DNA of 50,232 bases from an uncultured Chryseobacterium sp. (GTDB lineage: Bacteria > Bacteroidota > Bacteroidia > Flavobacteriales_F > PHOS-HE28): NCBI GenBank assembly GCA_964559165.1, contig CAZLGY010000002.1, positions 1 through 50,232 of the forward strand. Reading direction: 5' to 3'. Under the pieces are notes generated by a model. That model searched no databases. It was not told where the DNA came from and was given only the letters and a program-made list of their open reading frames with translations. Each line of letters opens with the position of its first letter. Position 1 is the stretch's first letter. Made by a program: the position numbers and the translations under genes. Below, piece after piece: positions 8,104-16,903 of this stretch.

Positions 8104-11100
8104 TCAGAAGCTGCGTCCGATCCCCACCACATACCGGAAGCCGAAGTGGTCTCCCTCGCCCGCCGGCAGCGCACTTAGCAGCAGGGGTAGGTCGAACCGG
8201 ATGGTGAGCGGTTCGATGTCCGACAGGGGACCGAAGCGCTTGATGGTGAAGGCTGCGCCCAGGCCTGCATCAGCGCGCAGCGGAGCAAAGCGCAGCAAGG
8301 CATCATCACCGCGCGCCTGCCGATACCCCATGGAACCCACATCGCCGAACAGATACACGTCCAGGTGCATGTAGCGCGCCACCTTTCCCGGGCGCCAGCG
8401 CACCAGCCCGTCGAGGTCCAGTTCGGCACTTGCCGATACGCCGCTGTGTCCGAGGTTCGTGAAGATCAGTTCGCCATCGACGACCTCGGGTGCCAGGTAA
8501 CCCGCGTATCCGCGAAGTCCCAGACCGCCACCCTGGGCGAAGTGGTTCGCCGCACCGCCAAACCCCAGGAACTCATACGGGACGAAACCGATGCTGCGCA
8601 CGTATTTGTTCTCCATCAGTTCTTCTGGTGAGGCGCCGGCGAGGTAGAGCGCACTTTCGCGGGGGATGCTTCCGGTGCCGTATTGTGCCATGCCACGGGT
8701 GCGCAGTTCCAGGCCACCAAGCCGTTGTACATGAATGCTGCTCATGCGCAGCCAGGCATAGCGGCTCTGTGATCCCACGGCGCTGCTGCGCAGTTCGGCA
8801 CGCAGATCGCCGCGCCCGGTGCGATGCCGGTAGCGGTGGCGCAGCGCGGTCTCCACATAGCCGTTCAGCCGGTCCAGTTCCCACAGGTCGGGGTACAGCA
8901 GGTAGGTGCGGTCGCTGCTGTCACGCCGCAGCAGGTACACCATGCTCACCGAAGCGGTGGTACTGTTGTTCGGCAACTCCCATTCGAATCGCCCACCGTA
9001 GCGCTCCAGCCCATCGAGAACACGCGCGAACAGCTCCACTGAGGAACCGCGCAGGAGCTTCTCAGTGCCGTTGCGGTAGTTCAAGTTGAAGGAGATCGGT
9101 CGATAGGTGTTGTCCGCGCTGCCGGGGATGGTGTCCATCTTGGAGGGATGCCCTGGTGGCAGGTATTGCAGGATGCCTGTGTTCAGCCATGCACTTGCCC
9201 GGATGCGATGCTTGTAGCGCATGTATCCGCTGTGGAAGTGCACACCGGCCTTGATGCCGTCGAAGCCGTTCCACCACAGGTCAGGGCGCACGAACCCCTC
9301 GTAGGCCGCGCGGTCGGGCGGCTGGCGCAGGTGGTGGTCGAAGGTGATGTGCGCGGGCATGCGCGCGCGATTGTTCAACAGGTAGGAATCTCCCAGCCGC
9401 AGGGTGGTGTCAATGATCACATCGTCGATGCCGGAGGGGATGTCAACGCGTGCCGTGTAACTGCGTTGCAGGTCATCGTACCCGATCCACCGCGGCAAAA
9501 GCTCTGCATTGGTGGGTTTCACGTCCCAGTTGATGGGGATGTGGTAGTTGTGGCGCCGCCCATCGCGCCCCACCACCTGGATGTCGAGCGGCATTGGCAG
9601 ATCCCCCTTGCGGTGCAGGGTGATCGTCTGTCCTTCGTTCCGCATCCGGCCGGTGATGCGGCCCACCGCATAGTCGATCCGCTTGTCCGTCGTTATCCAG
9701 GGGTCGAAGAACCAGGACAGGTCGCGCTTGGTGGCGTCGGTGAAGCTCTGCTGCATGTCCTCCGGGTAGGGGTGACACGTACGCCATTGATCGACGTAGT
9801 GGCGCATGGCGGCCAGGAACACAGAGTCTCCCAGCACGTATTGGAGGTTGTAGAGCATGGTTGCCGTCTTGGTGTAGACATGGCCGTAGCCCCCCTTGTC
9901 ACGCCGCTCCCAATAACCGAACTCATCGCTGTGTGTGTTGATGGCGGGCAACCGGTCACGCACGGCATCGCGCTGGAAGGAGTTGTAGACCTCGCTGTCC
10001 CGGGGGCGTTCGGTGCGGAGGTGACGCCGTTCGTAGGCCGTCCGGGGCGGATCGCTCACCAGGGTGTCGCCATCGATGCGCTCCAGGCCCCATGCGGTCA
10101 GGAACTGCGTGAAGCCCTCGTCAAGGAATGCGCGGTAGGTCTCGTTGTTGCCGAGCATGCCATAGAACCAGTTGTGGCCCACCTCGTGCACGAGCAGGCC
10201 CCGGTAGTCGGGATCACGGCCACCATCCAGCGTGAGCATGGGATATTCCATGCCATCGCGCGCATCGGCCACGATCATCTTGGGGTACGCATAGGTGCCG
10301 AAGTCGGTGCTGAACACCTCGATGATGCGGGCGGTGTAGGCAGCTGCGTTCTGCCAGCCGCTGGCATGCGGCTCCTGCACGAGCGCCACGCACTTCACAC
10401 CGTTCCAGCTTGCTTCGCCGATGCGGTAGGTGGGGTCGGCGGTGAAGGCGAAATCATGCACGTTCTCAGCATGGAACCGCCACACCTTGCGCTGGTTCGT
10501 GTCGGGCCGAAGGATCTCCGATGGTGGCTCGTTCCACGGCTTGTCCTTGAAGTTGGTGATGTCGAGCTTGCCGCGCAGATCGGCCGGCATCCCCTCCTCC
10601 GGGTTCTGCAGCCATCCGGTGGCGTCCAGGATGTAGTGGTGGGGCAGGTCAAGGTGCACATCGAAGGTGCCGAAGTCGCCATACAGTTCGTTGCCCAGGT
10701 GCTGCTGCGTGTCCCAGCCCATGCGGCGGTCGTACACCGCGATGCGGGGATACCAGTGCACGCCATCGTAGTGCTTGCTCCCCCATGCGTTGAACAGCTT
10801 CATGCGACGCTGCACATCCATGGCCCAGTAGGTGGTGAAGTCGATGCGGAAGGTGGTCCTTTCGCCCGGTGGCAGTGGGCGGTTCAACCACACCTTCAAT
10901 ACGGTGTCGTCCTGTTCGGTACGCAGGGGAGCTTCGTCATCCGCGATCCGGTGCACCACCGTGCCCACGCGTTCCTGGCGGGGTGCTGAAGGGCTCCCTT
11001 CGTTCTCCAGCAGGTCCGCATAGGAGCCCGGTTCGTAGGCCTGCTGGTAGAGGTGGAAGAAGACCCAGTGCAGGGTGTCGGGTGAGTTGTTGTGGTAGTA

Positions 11101-11322
11101 CAGAGCAAGGTCCGCCTTCAGCCGGTCCCGTGCATCGTCCAAACGGCCTTTGATGATGTAGTGCACATCCTGCTGCCAATAGCCCGGATAGGGGGGGCGG
11201 TTCCTCCAATAGTGCGGGTTGTCCGCGTTGCGGTAGGTGTTCGGCGGACGCTTGTCGTGGAACTCCTGTGCGGAGATGTTGGCGCAGAGGAGCACAAGTG
11301 GGAGCAGGAGGGCTGGACGCAT
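8104..11322 (-). CDS. M1-family zinc metallopeptidase with C-terminal Omp85-like beta-barrel region, 1072 aa
   Basis: Signal peptide MRPALLLPLVLLCANISAQE. Gluzincin motif HEVGH-X18-E at aa 379-402 (nt 10117..10188), preceded by GMEYP. The last approx 350-380 aa show Omp85/surface-antigen-like motifs (LRGYAGY, LFGDVGS, AGLGAAFTI, FRYVVGIGRSF with terminal Phe). Confidence 0.8.
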   Translation of the reverse strand: MRPALLLPLVLLCANISAQEFHDKRPPNTYRNADNPHYWRNRPPYPGYWQQDVHYIIKGRLDDARDRLKADLALYYHNNSPDTLHWVFFHLYQQAYEPGSYADLLENEGSPSAPRQERVGTVVHRIADDEAPLRTEQDDTVLKVWLNRPLPPGERTTFRIDFTTYWAMDVQRRMKLFNAWGSKHYDGVHWYPRIAVYDRRMGWDTQQHLGNELYGDFGTFDVHLDLPHHYILDATGWLQNPEEGMPADLRGKLDITNFKDKPWNEPPSEILRPDTNQRKVWRFHAENVHDFAFTADPTYRIGEASWNGVKCVALVQEPHASGWQNAAAYTARIIEVFSTDFGTYAYPKMIVADARDGMEYPMLTLDGGRDPDYRGLLVHEVGHNWFYGMLGNNETYRAFLDEGFTQFLTAWGLERIDGDTLVSDPPRTAYERRHLRTERPRDSEVYNSFQRDAVRDRLPAINTHSDEFGYWERRDKGGYGHVYTKTATMLYNLQYVLGDSVFLAAMRHYVDQWRTCHPYPEDMQQSFTDATKRDLSWFFDPWITTDKRIDYAVGRITGRMRNEGQTITLHRKGDLPMPLDIQVVGRDGRRHNYHIPINWDVKPTNAELLPRWIGYDDLQRSYTARVDIPSGIDDVIIDTTLRLGDSYLLNNRARMPAHITFDHHLRQPPDRAAYEGFVRPDLWWNGFDGIKAGVHFHSGYMRYKHRIRASAWLNTGILQYLPPGHPSKMDTIPGSADNTYRPISFNLNYRNGTEKLLRGSSVELFARVLDGLERYGGRFEWELPNNSTTASVSMVYLLRRDSSDRTYLLYPDLWELDRLNGYVETALRHRYRHRTGRGDLRAELRSSAVGSQSRYAWLRMSSIHVQRLGGLELRTRGMAQYGTGSIPRESALYLAGASPEELMENKYVRSIGFVPYEFLGFGGAANHFAQGGGLGLRGYAGYLAPEVVDGELIFTNLGHSGVSASAELDLDGLVRWRPGKVARYMHLDVYLFGDVGSMGYRQARGDDALLRFAPLRADAGLGAAFTIKRFGPLSDIEPLTIRFDLPLLLSALPAGEGDHFGFRYVVGIGRSF

Positions 11323-11334
11323 GCGCCCGCCAAG

Positions 11335-12309
11335 TTATCCCACGGCGGCCTCACCCGGCACGGCTGGTCGCACCGCGAGGCGTGGACTGTGCTGGCGTTT
11401 GGCACGGGCGATGCTGATGTTGAGCTCGTAGCCCACCAACAGGGCGATCATGTTGAAATAGATCCACAGCTGCACCGCCAGGATCGCCCCGATGGAACCA
11501 TAAAGCGCGTTGTAGTCCGTGATGTTGCTGAACACATAGGCCAGTCCCTGTGATATGAGCATGATGAGGAACACGGCCAGGATGGAGCCCGGTGAGAAGG
11601 CCTTGAAGCGCCTGGCCGCCGGGTCGCCAGCGGTGTACAACAGCGATACGGAGGTCATGACCAGCAGGATGGAGAGGATCCACTTGGCGGCGAGCAGCAC
11701 GTACACCTCCAGGGAACTGGTGAGGATGGATAACTCCAACAGGCGACTGAGAACGAGGTCTGTAAGGGAGAACACAGGGATGGCGATGACCATCAGGACG
11801 GTGAGGGCCAGCAAGAGTCCCAGGCTGAGCATGCGCTGCTTGAGGGCGCTGTGCCACCTGGCGAGGTTCGTACTGCCGCTGAACCCTTCCAGGATGGCGT
11901 CGATGCTGTTGCTCGCGAGGTACAGGCCGGAGATGAAACTGATCGACAGGAGGGTTCCGTGTTTCTTCACCAACAGGTCGTGCAGCGTGGATTCCACAAA
12001 GCGGTACACCTCAAGTGGCATCATCTGGCGGAAAGCCCCGAGCAGGCGTTCCTGGAAATCAGGGACCGGTATGTAGGGGATGAGGGTGAGCAGCACGATC
12101 ACCGCGGGGAAGAAGGACAGGAACAGCTTGAACGAGATGGCCGAGGCACGCGTGATGATGCGGCCCTGTGCCATGGCGGACAGGAAGAAGCGGAGGATCT
12201 GGTAGAGGTCGAACCCTTCGAATCCGGGCAGCACAACACGCCGCATCCATCGGATGAGTTGGCGGGAAGGGCTCGAGAACAGCGCCTTTCGTACCATGCG
12301 TTCGACCAT
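11335..12309 (-). CDS. YihY/BrkB (virulence factor BrkB, former RNase BN) family membrane protein
   Basis: 324 aa, multi-TM. The N-terminus LPGFEGFDLYQILRFFLSAMAQGRIITRASAISFKLFLSFFPAVI is characteristic of the YihY family. Confidence 0.75.
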   Translation of the reverse strand: MVERMVRKALFSSPSRQLIRWMRRVVLPGFEGFDLYQILRFFLSAMAQGRIITRASAISFKLFLSFFPAVIVLLTLIPYIPVPDFQERLLGAFRQMMPLEVYRFVESTLHDLLVKKHGTLLSISFISGLYLASNSIDAILEGFSGSTNLARWHSALKQRMLSLGLLLALTVLMVIAIPVFSLTDLVLSRLLELSILTSSLEVYVLLAAKWILSILLVMTSVSLLYTAGDPAARRFKAFSPGSILAVFLIMLISQGLAYVFSNITDYNALYGSIGAILAVQLWIYFNMIALLVGYELNISIARAKRQHSPRLAVRPAVPGEAAVG

Positions 12310-12313
12310 GCGC

Positions 12314-13156
12314 TCAGATCGCTTTGAGGCTCAGGTCGAGGCTGGTGGCGCTGTGGGTAAGGGCGCCCACGGAGATCATGTCCACACCGGTTGCGGCATA
12401 GGTCGCGATCGTATCCAGCGTGATGCCGCCCGACGCTTCGGTCTCCACCGATCCACCGATGCGTTGCACAGCCTCCGCCAACAGGGAGGGGCTGAAGTTG
12501 TCGAGCATGATGCGCTGCACACCTCCGATGGCCAGCACCTGCTCCACCTCCTTCATGTTGCGGGTTTCAACTTCGATGGGCAGCGACATGGAGTTGGCCG
12601 CAAGGTATTTCCGTGCCGCCGCGATGGCCTGGGGGATGCCCCCGCACAGGTCGGCATGGTTGTCCTTGATCATGATCATGTCGTACAGCCCATGCCGGTG
12701 GTTGTGGCCACCTCCGATACGAACCGCCCATTTCTCCACCGCCCGCAGCCCCGGCGTCGTTTTCCGGGTATCCAGCACCCGGCATCCGGTCCCCTCCACC
12801 GCTGCCACGTGGCGGTCGGTCAGGGTGGCGATGCCGCTCATGCGTTGCATGAAGTTAAGCACCAGGCGCTCGATGGTGAGGATGCTGCGGGAGGGGCCGT
12901 TGATGGTGAATGCCACGTCCCCGGGCTGCACCCGTGCGCCATCCTGCAGGAAGACACGGATGCGGAGCGACGGATCGAAGCGTTCCACGAGGTGGCAGGC
13001 GAGATCCACACCGGCGAGCACACCCGTTCCCTTCACCAACAGGCGGGCCGCTCCACGCGCGTCCACCGGTATCGTTGCCAATGCAGAATGGTCGCCGTCA
13101 CCGATGTCCTCGTGCAGGGCAAGGTCGATCAGGGCTGAGATCTCGGGATGAAGCAC
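12314..13156 (-). CDS. nadC: Nicotinate-nucleotide pyrophosphorylase (carboxylating) / quinolinate phosphoribosyltransferase
   Basis: 280 aa. IDLALHEDIGDGDHSALATIP, TRKTTPGLR, HRHGLYDMIMIKDNH and MLDNF...EASGGI are typical NadC blocks. The start codon at 13156 is GTG, and there is no nearby ATG. Confidence 0.9.
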   Translation of the reverse strand: MLHPEISALIDLALHEDIGDGDHSALATIPVDARGAARLLVKGTGVLAGVDLACHLVERFDPSLRIRVFLQDGARVQPGDVAFTINGPSRSILTIERLVLNFMQRMSGIATLTDRHVAAVEGTGCRVLDTRKTTPGLRAVEKWAVRIGGGHNHRHGLYDMIMIKDNHADLCGGIPQAIAAARKYLAANSMSLPIEVETRNMKEVEQVLAIGGVQRIMLDNFSPSLLAEAVQRIGGSVETEASGGITLDTIATYAATGVDMISVGALTHSATSLDLSLKAI

Positions 13157-13159
13157 CGG

Positions 13160-13570
13160 TCAAAGGTCGTTCTTGCTCGACTCGATGCGCAGTTGCTTGA
13201 CCAACTTGGCATCGCCCACCTTTTTCAGGAAGAAGGTCACCCGGAAATACCCGTTGCGGGTGCGGAGGATCCCAATGAAGTACTCGTCTCCGAATTTGCT
13301 TACGCCGCTATGCTCGATCACCAGGTCCACGGGAGGGTGGTCGTTGAAGAACTTGCGGACGATCTGCTCCGCCTGCGATCGGCTGTAGACTTCGGAGGTT
13401 TCCTTGATGGTGAGGTCGATGTTCGCGATGAACTGCGCGGACAATGCAGCGGCATTGCCGGTGCGCATGGCCTGCACCACCTTGTCACGCGCGGGGTCCT
13501 GGGCGTGGATACCCACGGTCAGCAGCAGGGACACCAATAGCACAAGGGGGTGGCTCATGGGGAGGCTCAT
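13160..13570 (-). CDS. DUF4783 domain protein (secreted)
   Basis: Signal peptide MSLPMSHPLVLLVSLLLTVGIHAQ, then FIANIDLTI...YSRSQAEQIVRKFF...EYFIGILRTRNGYFRVTFFLKK, the DUF4783 pattern that often neighbours nadC in Bacteroidota. The track start at 13588 is TTG, so I use ATG 13570. Confidence 0.6.
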   Translation of the reverse strand: MSLPMSHPLVLLVSLLLTVGIHAQDPARDKVVQAMRTGNAAALSAQFIANIDLTIKETSEVYSRSQAEQIVRKFFNDHPPVDLVIEHSGVSKFGDEYFIGILRTRNGYFRVTFFLKKVGDAKLVKQLRIESSKNDL

Positions 13571-13644
13571 TTGAGCCGAAATTTGCAAATACCGGGCCGA
13601 ACTTCACCGGAGGCTCCCGGAGAGTTACCAACAGTCCGAACGAC

Positions 13645-14106
13645 ATGAAGATCAAAGTGATATGGGTATCGCGCACGGACCGGGGGTTCGTACAGGATGG
13701 GGTGGCCCAATACTTGGATCGTGTACGCCGGGCGTGGGAGGTGCAGGAAGTGGTGGTCCCTGAAGAGGGGCGGGGTGATGCCGCCCACCAGCAACGGGTG
13801 GAGGGCGAACGCTTGTTGGCGCAGTTGCGACCGGGTGAGCGGGTGGTGGTCCTTGATGAGCGCGGTATTGGGTTGTCGAGCCAGGCCTTCGCCGGCCGTC
13901 TTGGGAACTGGCGCGATCAAGGGGTGCGGCAGGTGGCGTTCCTGGTGGGGGGCGCGTACGGCCATTCCGATACTGTCAGGAACCGGGCGGATCTGCTGCT
14001 CTCCTTGTCCCCGATGACGTTCCCCCACCAATTGGTGCGCCTGTTGTTCGCCGAGCAGTTGTACCGGGCTCAAGCGATCCTGGCGGGATCGGGCTACCAT
14101 CATTAG
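13645..14106 (+). CDS. rlmH: 23S rRNA (pseudouridine1915-N3)-methyltransferase RlmH
   Basis: 153 aa from ATG 13645 (MKIKVIWVSRT...). LDERGIGLSSQAFA, FLVGGAYGHS and LSLSPMTFPHQLVRLLFAEQLYRA are SPOUT/RlmH blocks. The upstream part of track ORF 13444..14106 is a non-coding extension. Confidence 0.9.
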   Translation: MKIKVIWVSRTDRGFVQDGVAQYLDRVRRAWEVQEVVVPEEGRGDAAHQQRVEGERLLAQLRPGERVVVLDERGIGLSSQAFAGRLGNWRDQGVRQVAFLVGGAYGHSDTVRNRADLLLSLSPMTFPHQLVRLLFAEQLYRAQAILAGSGYHH

Positions 14107-14220
14107 GCGCTGGACCGGAAGTCGCATGACCGTTGCGGTCGCGCCTCGCTGGATGTGATCTCTCGCGACGGGTGAAGTACGTCCAGCGATACGCCACCTC
14201 CACCGGGACATGCGTGGGTC

Positions 14221-14228
14221 TATCTTTG
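14221..14228 (+). promoter_or_regulatory. Candidate -7 promoter box TATCTTTG, 7 nt upstream of ATG 14236
   Basis: Exact TAnnTTTG match. The spacing implies a leaderless or near-leaderless transcript. Confidence 0.4.
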
Positions 14229-14235
14229 GCCTACC

Positions 14236-15654
14236 ATGGCCGCTGCCGTTCGCCCCATCGATATTGCACTTTGGGAGTACCTGGTCGTTGCGGTATATAC
14301 TTTTGTTGTTGCTGTTATTTATTCTCGAAGAAAATTAAGTAATATAAAGAAAAATCCTGAATATAAATTTTATTTATGGGGATTGTACACGAAAATAATC
14401 GGAGCTGTTCTTTTCTCAATGATATATCTTTATTATTATGGAAATGGTGATACCATAAGCTTTTTCATTTCCAGCATTCCGCTCTCCAAGATATTGGCGT
14501 CCGATCCACTTCATTACATGGAGGCGATCCTGGCGGATAATTCATGGGAGAACAGGTTCAAGATATTCGACCCTTCGACCGGATACCCCATCGGGTATGT
14601 GTACATCGATGATCGAACGTATTTCCTGGTGAAGCTGATATCGCCGATAACGATGATCAGTTTTCATAGTTTCCTGCTCACCGGTGCGATCATTGCAACG
14701 ATCGCGTTCGAGGGCGTCTGGCGGCTGTACAGAACGTTGGTACGGTACTATCCTTCATTGATGAATAAGTTCGCGTTCGCGGTGCTGTTCATGCCATCCG
14801 CTGTTTTCTGGGGTTCGGGTATCATCAAGGACACCTTCACGTTCAGCGCCATGTGTTGGAGCATCCATGCATTGGATGCCATTTTCTTCAGGCGGGAGCG
14901 GATACTCTCATCGTGGGTCCAGCTGGTCATTTGCGTGCTCATCCTGCTCGCCATGAAACCGTACATCTTCATGGTGCTTCTTCCGTCCACGCTGCTGTGG
15001 CTCGTTTACCATCGGATCTCAAAGGTCCGCAGTGCCTTTCTCAGGCTCCTGATACTGCCCGCTGGTATCGTTGCGTTCGCGCTCGGTTCCTATCTTATCC
15101 TGCTGGCCATGGGCGACCGGTTGTCGAAGTTCTCCTTGGAGCACGCGCTGGATACGATCATCGTGGGCCAGGAGGACATGAAGCGCAACCAACGCTACGG
15201 GGACAACTACTTCGATCTGGGTCCGTTGGACAAGAGCTGGTCGGGGGTGGCCTCCAAGGCGCCCCAGGCCATCATGGCCGGCCTGTATCGGCCGACGCTG
15301 CTGGACAGCAGGAACGTTGTGATGCTCATCGCAGCGGTCGAGAACCTGTTCCTGCTGCTCCTCACCCTGGTCGTTCTATGGAAGTCACGGCTCTGGCACC
15401 TGGTCACACTGATCAGGTTCAATCCCATGTTGCAGATGTTCTTCTTCTTCGTGGTGGTCTACGCTTTCATCATCGGTATTTCCACCCCCAACTTCGGAGC
15501 CCTGGTGCGGTTCAAGATCCCGATCCTGCCGTTGATGGTGTCCGGACTATACATCGCCATCCATATCCTGAACGAACGCCGGGTCCAACTGAACGCTGGC
15601 AGGAGGTTCGATTGGGCATGGTATACGGACGGGGAGGAGGGGCGCCCTTATTGA
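14236..15654 (+). CDS. Polytopic membrane protein, possible Wzy/EpsG-like glycan polymerase or GT-C enzyme (function uncertain)
   Basis: 472 aa with about 10-12 hydrophobic segments. YYYGNGDTISFF resembles the EpsG-type GxDxxxY loop. It lies next to glycan genes. The 5-prime part (about 14285..14470) is strikingly AT-rich with AT-ending codons. Confidence 0.65.
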   Translation: MAAAVRPIDIALWEYLVVAVYTFVVAVIYSRRKLSNIKKNPEYKFYLWGLYTKIIGAVLFSMIYLYYYGNGDTISFFISSIPLSKILASDPLHYMEAILADNSWENRFKIFDPSTGYPIGYVYIDDRTYFLVKLISPITMISFHSFLLTGAIIATIAFEGVWRLYRTLVRYYPSLMNKFAFAVLFMPSAVFWGSGIIKDTFTFSAMCWSIHALDAIFFRRERILSSWVQLVICVLILLAMKPYIFMVLLPSTLLWLVYHRISKVRSAFLRLLILPAGIVAFALGSYLILLAMGDRLSKFSLEHALDTIIVGQEDMKRNQRYGDNYFDLGPLDKSWSGVASKAPQAIMAGLYRPTLLDSRNVVMLIAAVENLFLLLLTLVVLWKSRLWHLVTLIRFNPMLQMFFFFVVVYAFIIGISTPNFGALVRFKIPILPLMVSGLYIAIHILNERRVQLNAGRRFDWAWYTDGEEGRPY

Positions 15655-15681
15655 GAGGGTCCGGGCATTGCCGGGGTGCGC

Positions 15682-16875
15682 CTACAAGATGCGGTCATAC
15701 ACCTCCCTTGCGATATCAACAGACCTGTATTTGCGGGCCAGCGAGATCATCCGTTCGCGGTGGTCGGGATCGGCAAGGATGGCGCGGATGCGGGCGAACG
15801 CCTGGCCGATATCGCTGAGGTCCGTGCGGTAGGTGCTGCCACCGATGCCCTGTTTCAGTTCCCGGTCCTCGTCCGAGATGCCTTCGGTGGTCAGGATGGG
15901 AAGCCCGCTCGCCCAATATTCGCCGTTCTTGATGGGACATTGGTAGCGTTTTATGGGCGTGGGCTTGATGGTGCTGAACGCAAGGTCCGCGCCGGCCAGG
16001 TAGCGGGGCACCTCCACGTGGGGGACCGTCCTGACATGTACGCTGCCCTGTTCCATGCCTGCAGCCCTGGCTTTTTCCATGATGACAGCAGGGTCGCTGG
16101 GCGACAGCACCACCAGGTGGAACGGTGCGAACGCGGACGCACAGCGGGCGAAGAGTTCAAAGGCTTCCTGGTCCAGGTACAATCCCCCGAACTTGCCCAC
16201 GTAGATGCCCACCAGCGCATTGTCCGGTATGCCCAATTCCGCCCGCATGGATCGGCGTTCGTCGGCGTCCGGCTTGAACGCGTCGAGGTCGGTGATGGAG
16301 GGGATCACATGGATCCGGGCCGGGTCGCATCCCTGCTTCAGCAGATCTTCGCGGTGGTTGTGGGTCACCGTCATCACATGCTCTGCGGTGCGCAGCTGCA
16401 GCGATTCCATGGCGGAGGAGAACTTGAACCGGATCCCCCCACGCCTCCAGACGCCACATTCCTCCATGTAAAGTGAATGCGGTTCGAAGGACTCCACGAT
16501 ATATGGGACGCCGGTGATGCGGTGAGCGAAGTAGGCCAGCGCCCCGGCCATGGATGCCTTTGCGAAGAGCAGGTCGATGTTGTGCCGGGTGATGAGGCGC
16601 GCCAGTGCGATCACCGCATAGAACTGCAGGAACGCCTTCGCTAACAGGTAGGGTTTCCTGAACGGAGGCTTGATCTTGTGGACGGTCACCTTCAACGCAC
16701 CGAACTCCACTTCGGGCAGGTGCTCGTCAGGCGTGGTCTCGATGGTCACCAGGTGCAGGTGTCCCACCGCAGGGCGCTGCGACAGCAGCTTCAGGTAGGG
16801 GAACACCGCCGCTGCTGTGAGCGGCTCCCGCAGGCTCCAGTAGCTCAGGAAGAGAATGTTCCTCTTGCGTTCCAT
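15682..16875 (-). CDS. Glycosyltransferase family 4 (group 1)
   Basis: 397 aa. The N-terminus NILFLSYWSLREPLTAAAVFPYL and C-terminal CPIKNGEYWASGLPILT (EX7E-like) fit the family. It is the last gene of the long minus-strand operon. Confidence 0.8.
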   Translation of the reverse strand: MERKRNILFLSYWSLREPLTAAAVFPYLKLLSQRPAVGHLHLVTIETTPDEHLPEVEFGALKVTVHKIKPPFRKPYLLAKAFLQFYAVIALARLITRHNIDLLFAKASMAGALAYFAHRITGVPYIVESFEPHSLYMEECGVWRRGGIRFKFSSAMESLQLRTAEHVMTVTHNHREDLLKQGCDPARIHVIPSITDLDAFKPDADERRSMRAELGIPDNALVGIYVGKFGGLYLDQEAFELFARCASAFAPFHLVVLSPSDPAVIMEKARAAGMEQGSVHVRTVPHVEVPRYLAGADLAFSTIKPTPIKRYQCPIKNGEYWASGLPILTTEGISDEDRELKQGIGGSTYRTDLSDIGQAFARIRAILADPDHRERMISLARKYRSVDIAREVYDRIL

Positions 16876-16903
16876 GCAACCGCGGTCACCGGTGCCTACC
16901 GGT

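Noticed and set aside
9148-10989. 613-aa plus-strand ORF
   Set aside because: It is entirely antisense to the well-supported M1 peptidase gene. Its translation is Ala/Gly/Val/Arg/His-rich with no motifs, which is the typical mirror-frame ORF of GC-rich coding DNA.
13571-13588. TTG-initiated start of the DUF4783 ORF. TTG/GTG track starts also occur at 28000, 40189, 41898, 24599 and 19970.
   Set aside because: The ORF track appears to accept non-ATG starts. In each case an in-frame ATG a few codons downstream gives a sensible N-terminus or a typical stop/start overlap. GTG was kept only for nadC (13156) and proposed for menF (42970).
15655-15681. Short GC palindrome (GGCATTGCC within CCGGGCATTGCCGGGG) between convergent genes
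   Set aside because: The stem leaves a 1-nt loop and there is no T-tract, so it is not a credible intrinsic terminator.
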